Under the pieces are notes generated by a model. It saw nothing but the letters and a program-made list of their open reading frames with translations, was not told the DNA's origin and did not search any database. A DNA stretch of 64,000 nucleotides from a virus. The stretch lies in the IMG/VR virus record IMGVR_UViG_3300020125_000051, positions 1-64,000 of that record. One strand, written 5' to 3'. Positions 63,005-64,000 of the stretch are shown here, piece by piece. The translations under genes were made by a program, and so were the position numbers. The stretch's first letter is position 1; each line of letters opens with the position of its first letter.

Positions 63005-63077
63005 TATGGATGATGGGAGTCGAACCCATAACTAACAGTTTTTGAAACTGTTTCCTCTTCCATTGGGATACATCCAT
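63005..63077 (-). tRNA. tRNA with CAA anticodon (nominally Leu), short variable loop
   Basis: Acceptor AUGGAUG/CAUCCAU; anticodon arm ACAGU-UUCAAAA-ACUGU; T arm AUGGG-UUCGACU-CCCAU. Confidence 0.75.
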
Positions 63078-63352
63078 ATAACCAACAGACAGCTAGAATA
63101 CGTAACGCATCCAACCCGGTGGCTGCCTGTTGGAGTATTCAATTTGTTTTACATCCAGACGAAGTCATTTGGGTCGAACATTTTTCCTCATCCTTTCTAC
63201 TAATTTTTTGGTGGTGGGGACAGAGCCGACCTGATCACCTTCATTGTAGCTCAGACAGATACTCTCAACTAATAGCGCTATTTATTGAAAATAGAGCTGA
63301 ACAGCCTATGACACTACAATGTTATCCCCTTATTACATCGGCTAGGGCACCG

Positions 63353-63423
63353 CTCCATGACCTAGGTTCGAACTAAGACTACCGCATCCAGAGCGCAGCG
63401 TGCTACCATTACACCATCATGGA
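63353..63423 (-). tRNA. tRNA-Gln(CTG)
   Basis: Cloverleaf; U1-A72; anticodon loop CUCUGGA. Confidence 0.9.
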
Positions 63424-64000
63424 ATATTTAGTTATTCTGGTTCATAGAAATCACATTCAGGATCGCCTGGATCACATTCGTGTCCACAATAATCACAAGC
63501 TACATCATCTGCTTGGATGTGTCCATAGCCAGGTTCACGCTCCTGTGGTGCTTTGGGATTGACTGGCAATGGTGGACTCTGATTTAAAGTATTGTGCTTA
63601 CAGATACAACACTCTCGACACAAAGGCATACCCATGAGCATGTACTCTTCGTCTCTACAGATGTAGCAACTTACATAATAAACTTTGGGTTGTGAATAAA
63701 TATTAGGTGATTCTAGCATCCAATATGCTGGATCGCTAGATTGCATTTTCATAGTACATCCAAATCTGTAATATCTGGAATATGTTTATTTGGCACAATG
63801 CCCTGTTCATGATGAATTATAGCAACTTCAACTAACTGTTTTAGAATTTGTACTTCATCCCATGGTAACTGCAACATCTTGGCATAACCCTTTTTGTCAC
63901 TCCATAATAAAGCATATACATTTGGGTTTCCAGCACGTTCAATTAAGTCTACACTTTTATTGCGAACTCTATCACTGAAGAGATTTGTTTGCTTATCCAC

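Noticed and set aside
63004-63114. N-terminal part of ORF 62839-63114
   Set aside because: Overlaps a well-formed tRNA on the same strand.
1-64000. Prophage/lysogeny module, DGR or retron
   Set aside because: No integrase, clear repressor, reverse transcriptase or host genes recognised in this window.

Overview
The window is most of a lytic, AT-rich tailed dsDNA phage with siphovirus-type architecture. Gene content (DUF2786-, DUF2637-, DUF3152-like, GH25 lysin) points to an actinobacterial host, by inference. Layout: (1) 1-15.5 kb, leftward early/accessory genes; (2) 15.5-16.5 kb, non-coding divergence region; (3) 16.6-42.0 kb, rightward packaging, head, tail and lysin genes; (4) 42.1-64 kb, leftward replication and nucleotide genes (RuvC-like, ThyX, UDG-PolA fusion, primase-helicase, SSB, Sak4-like ATPase, Cas4-like nuclease, SNF2 helicase, Fic) plus four tRNAs. 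No integrase, transposase, reverse transcriptase or CRISPR array was seen. The main finding is at 11.49-15.46 kb: eleven small genes in tandem, each enclosed by its own 26-35 bp imperfect inverted repeat. The arms differ in sequence between cassettes but share a fixed mismatch geometry, and almost all off-register mismatches are G-U wobbles on the coding strand. This implies RNA stems that hold each gene in their loop, probably cut RNase III-style into end-paired or circularisable single-gene mRNAs. Related features are two families of intergenic hairpins, a 4-copy bipartite promoter-like motif, a tRNA-like ncRNA, and an ~8 kb domain saturated with TGTCC/GGACA. All family assignments come from motif recognition, not database searches.
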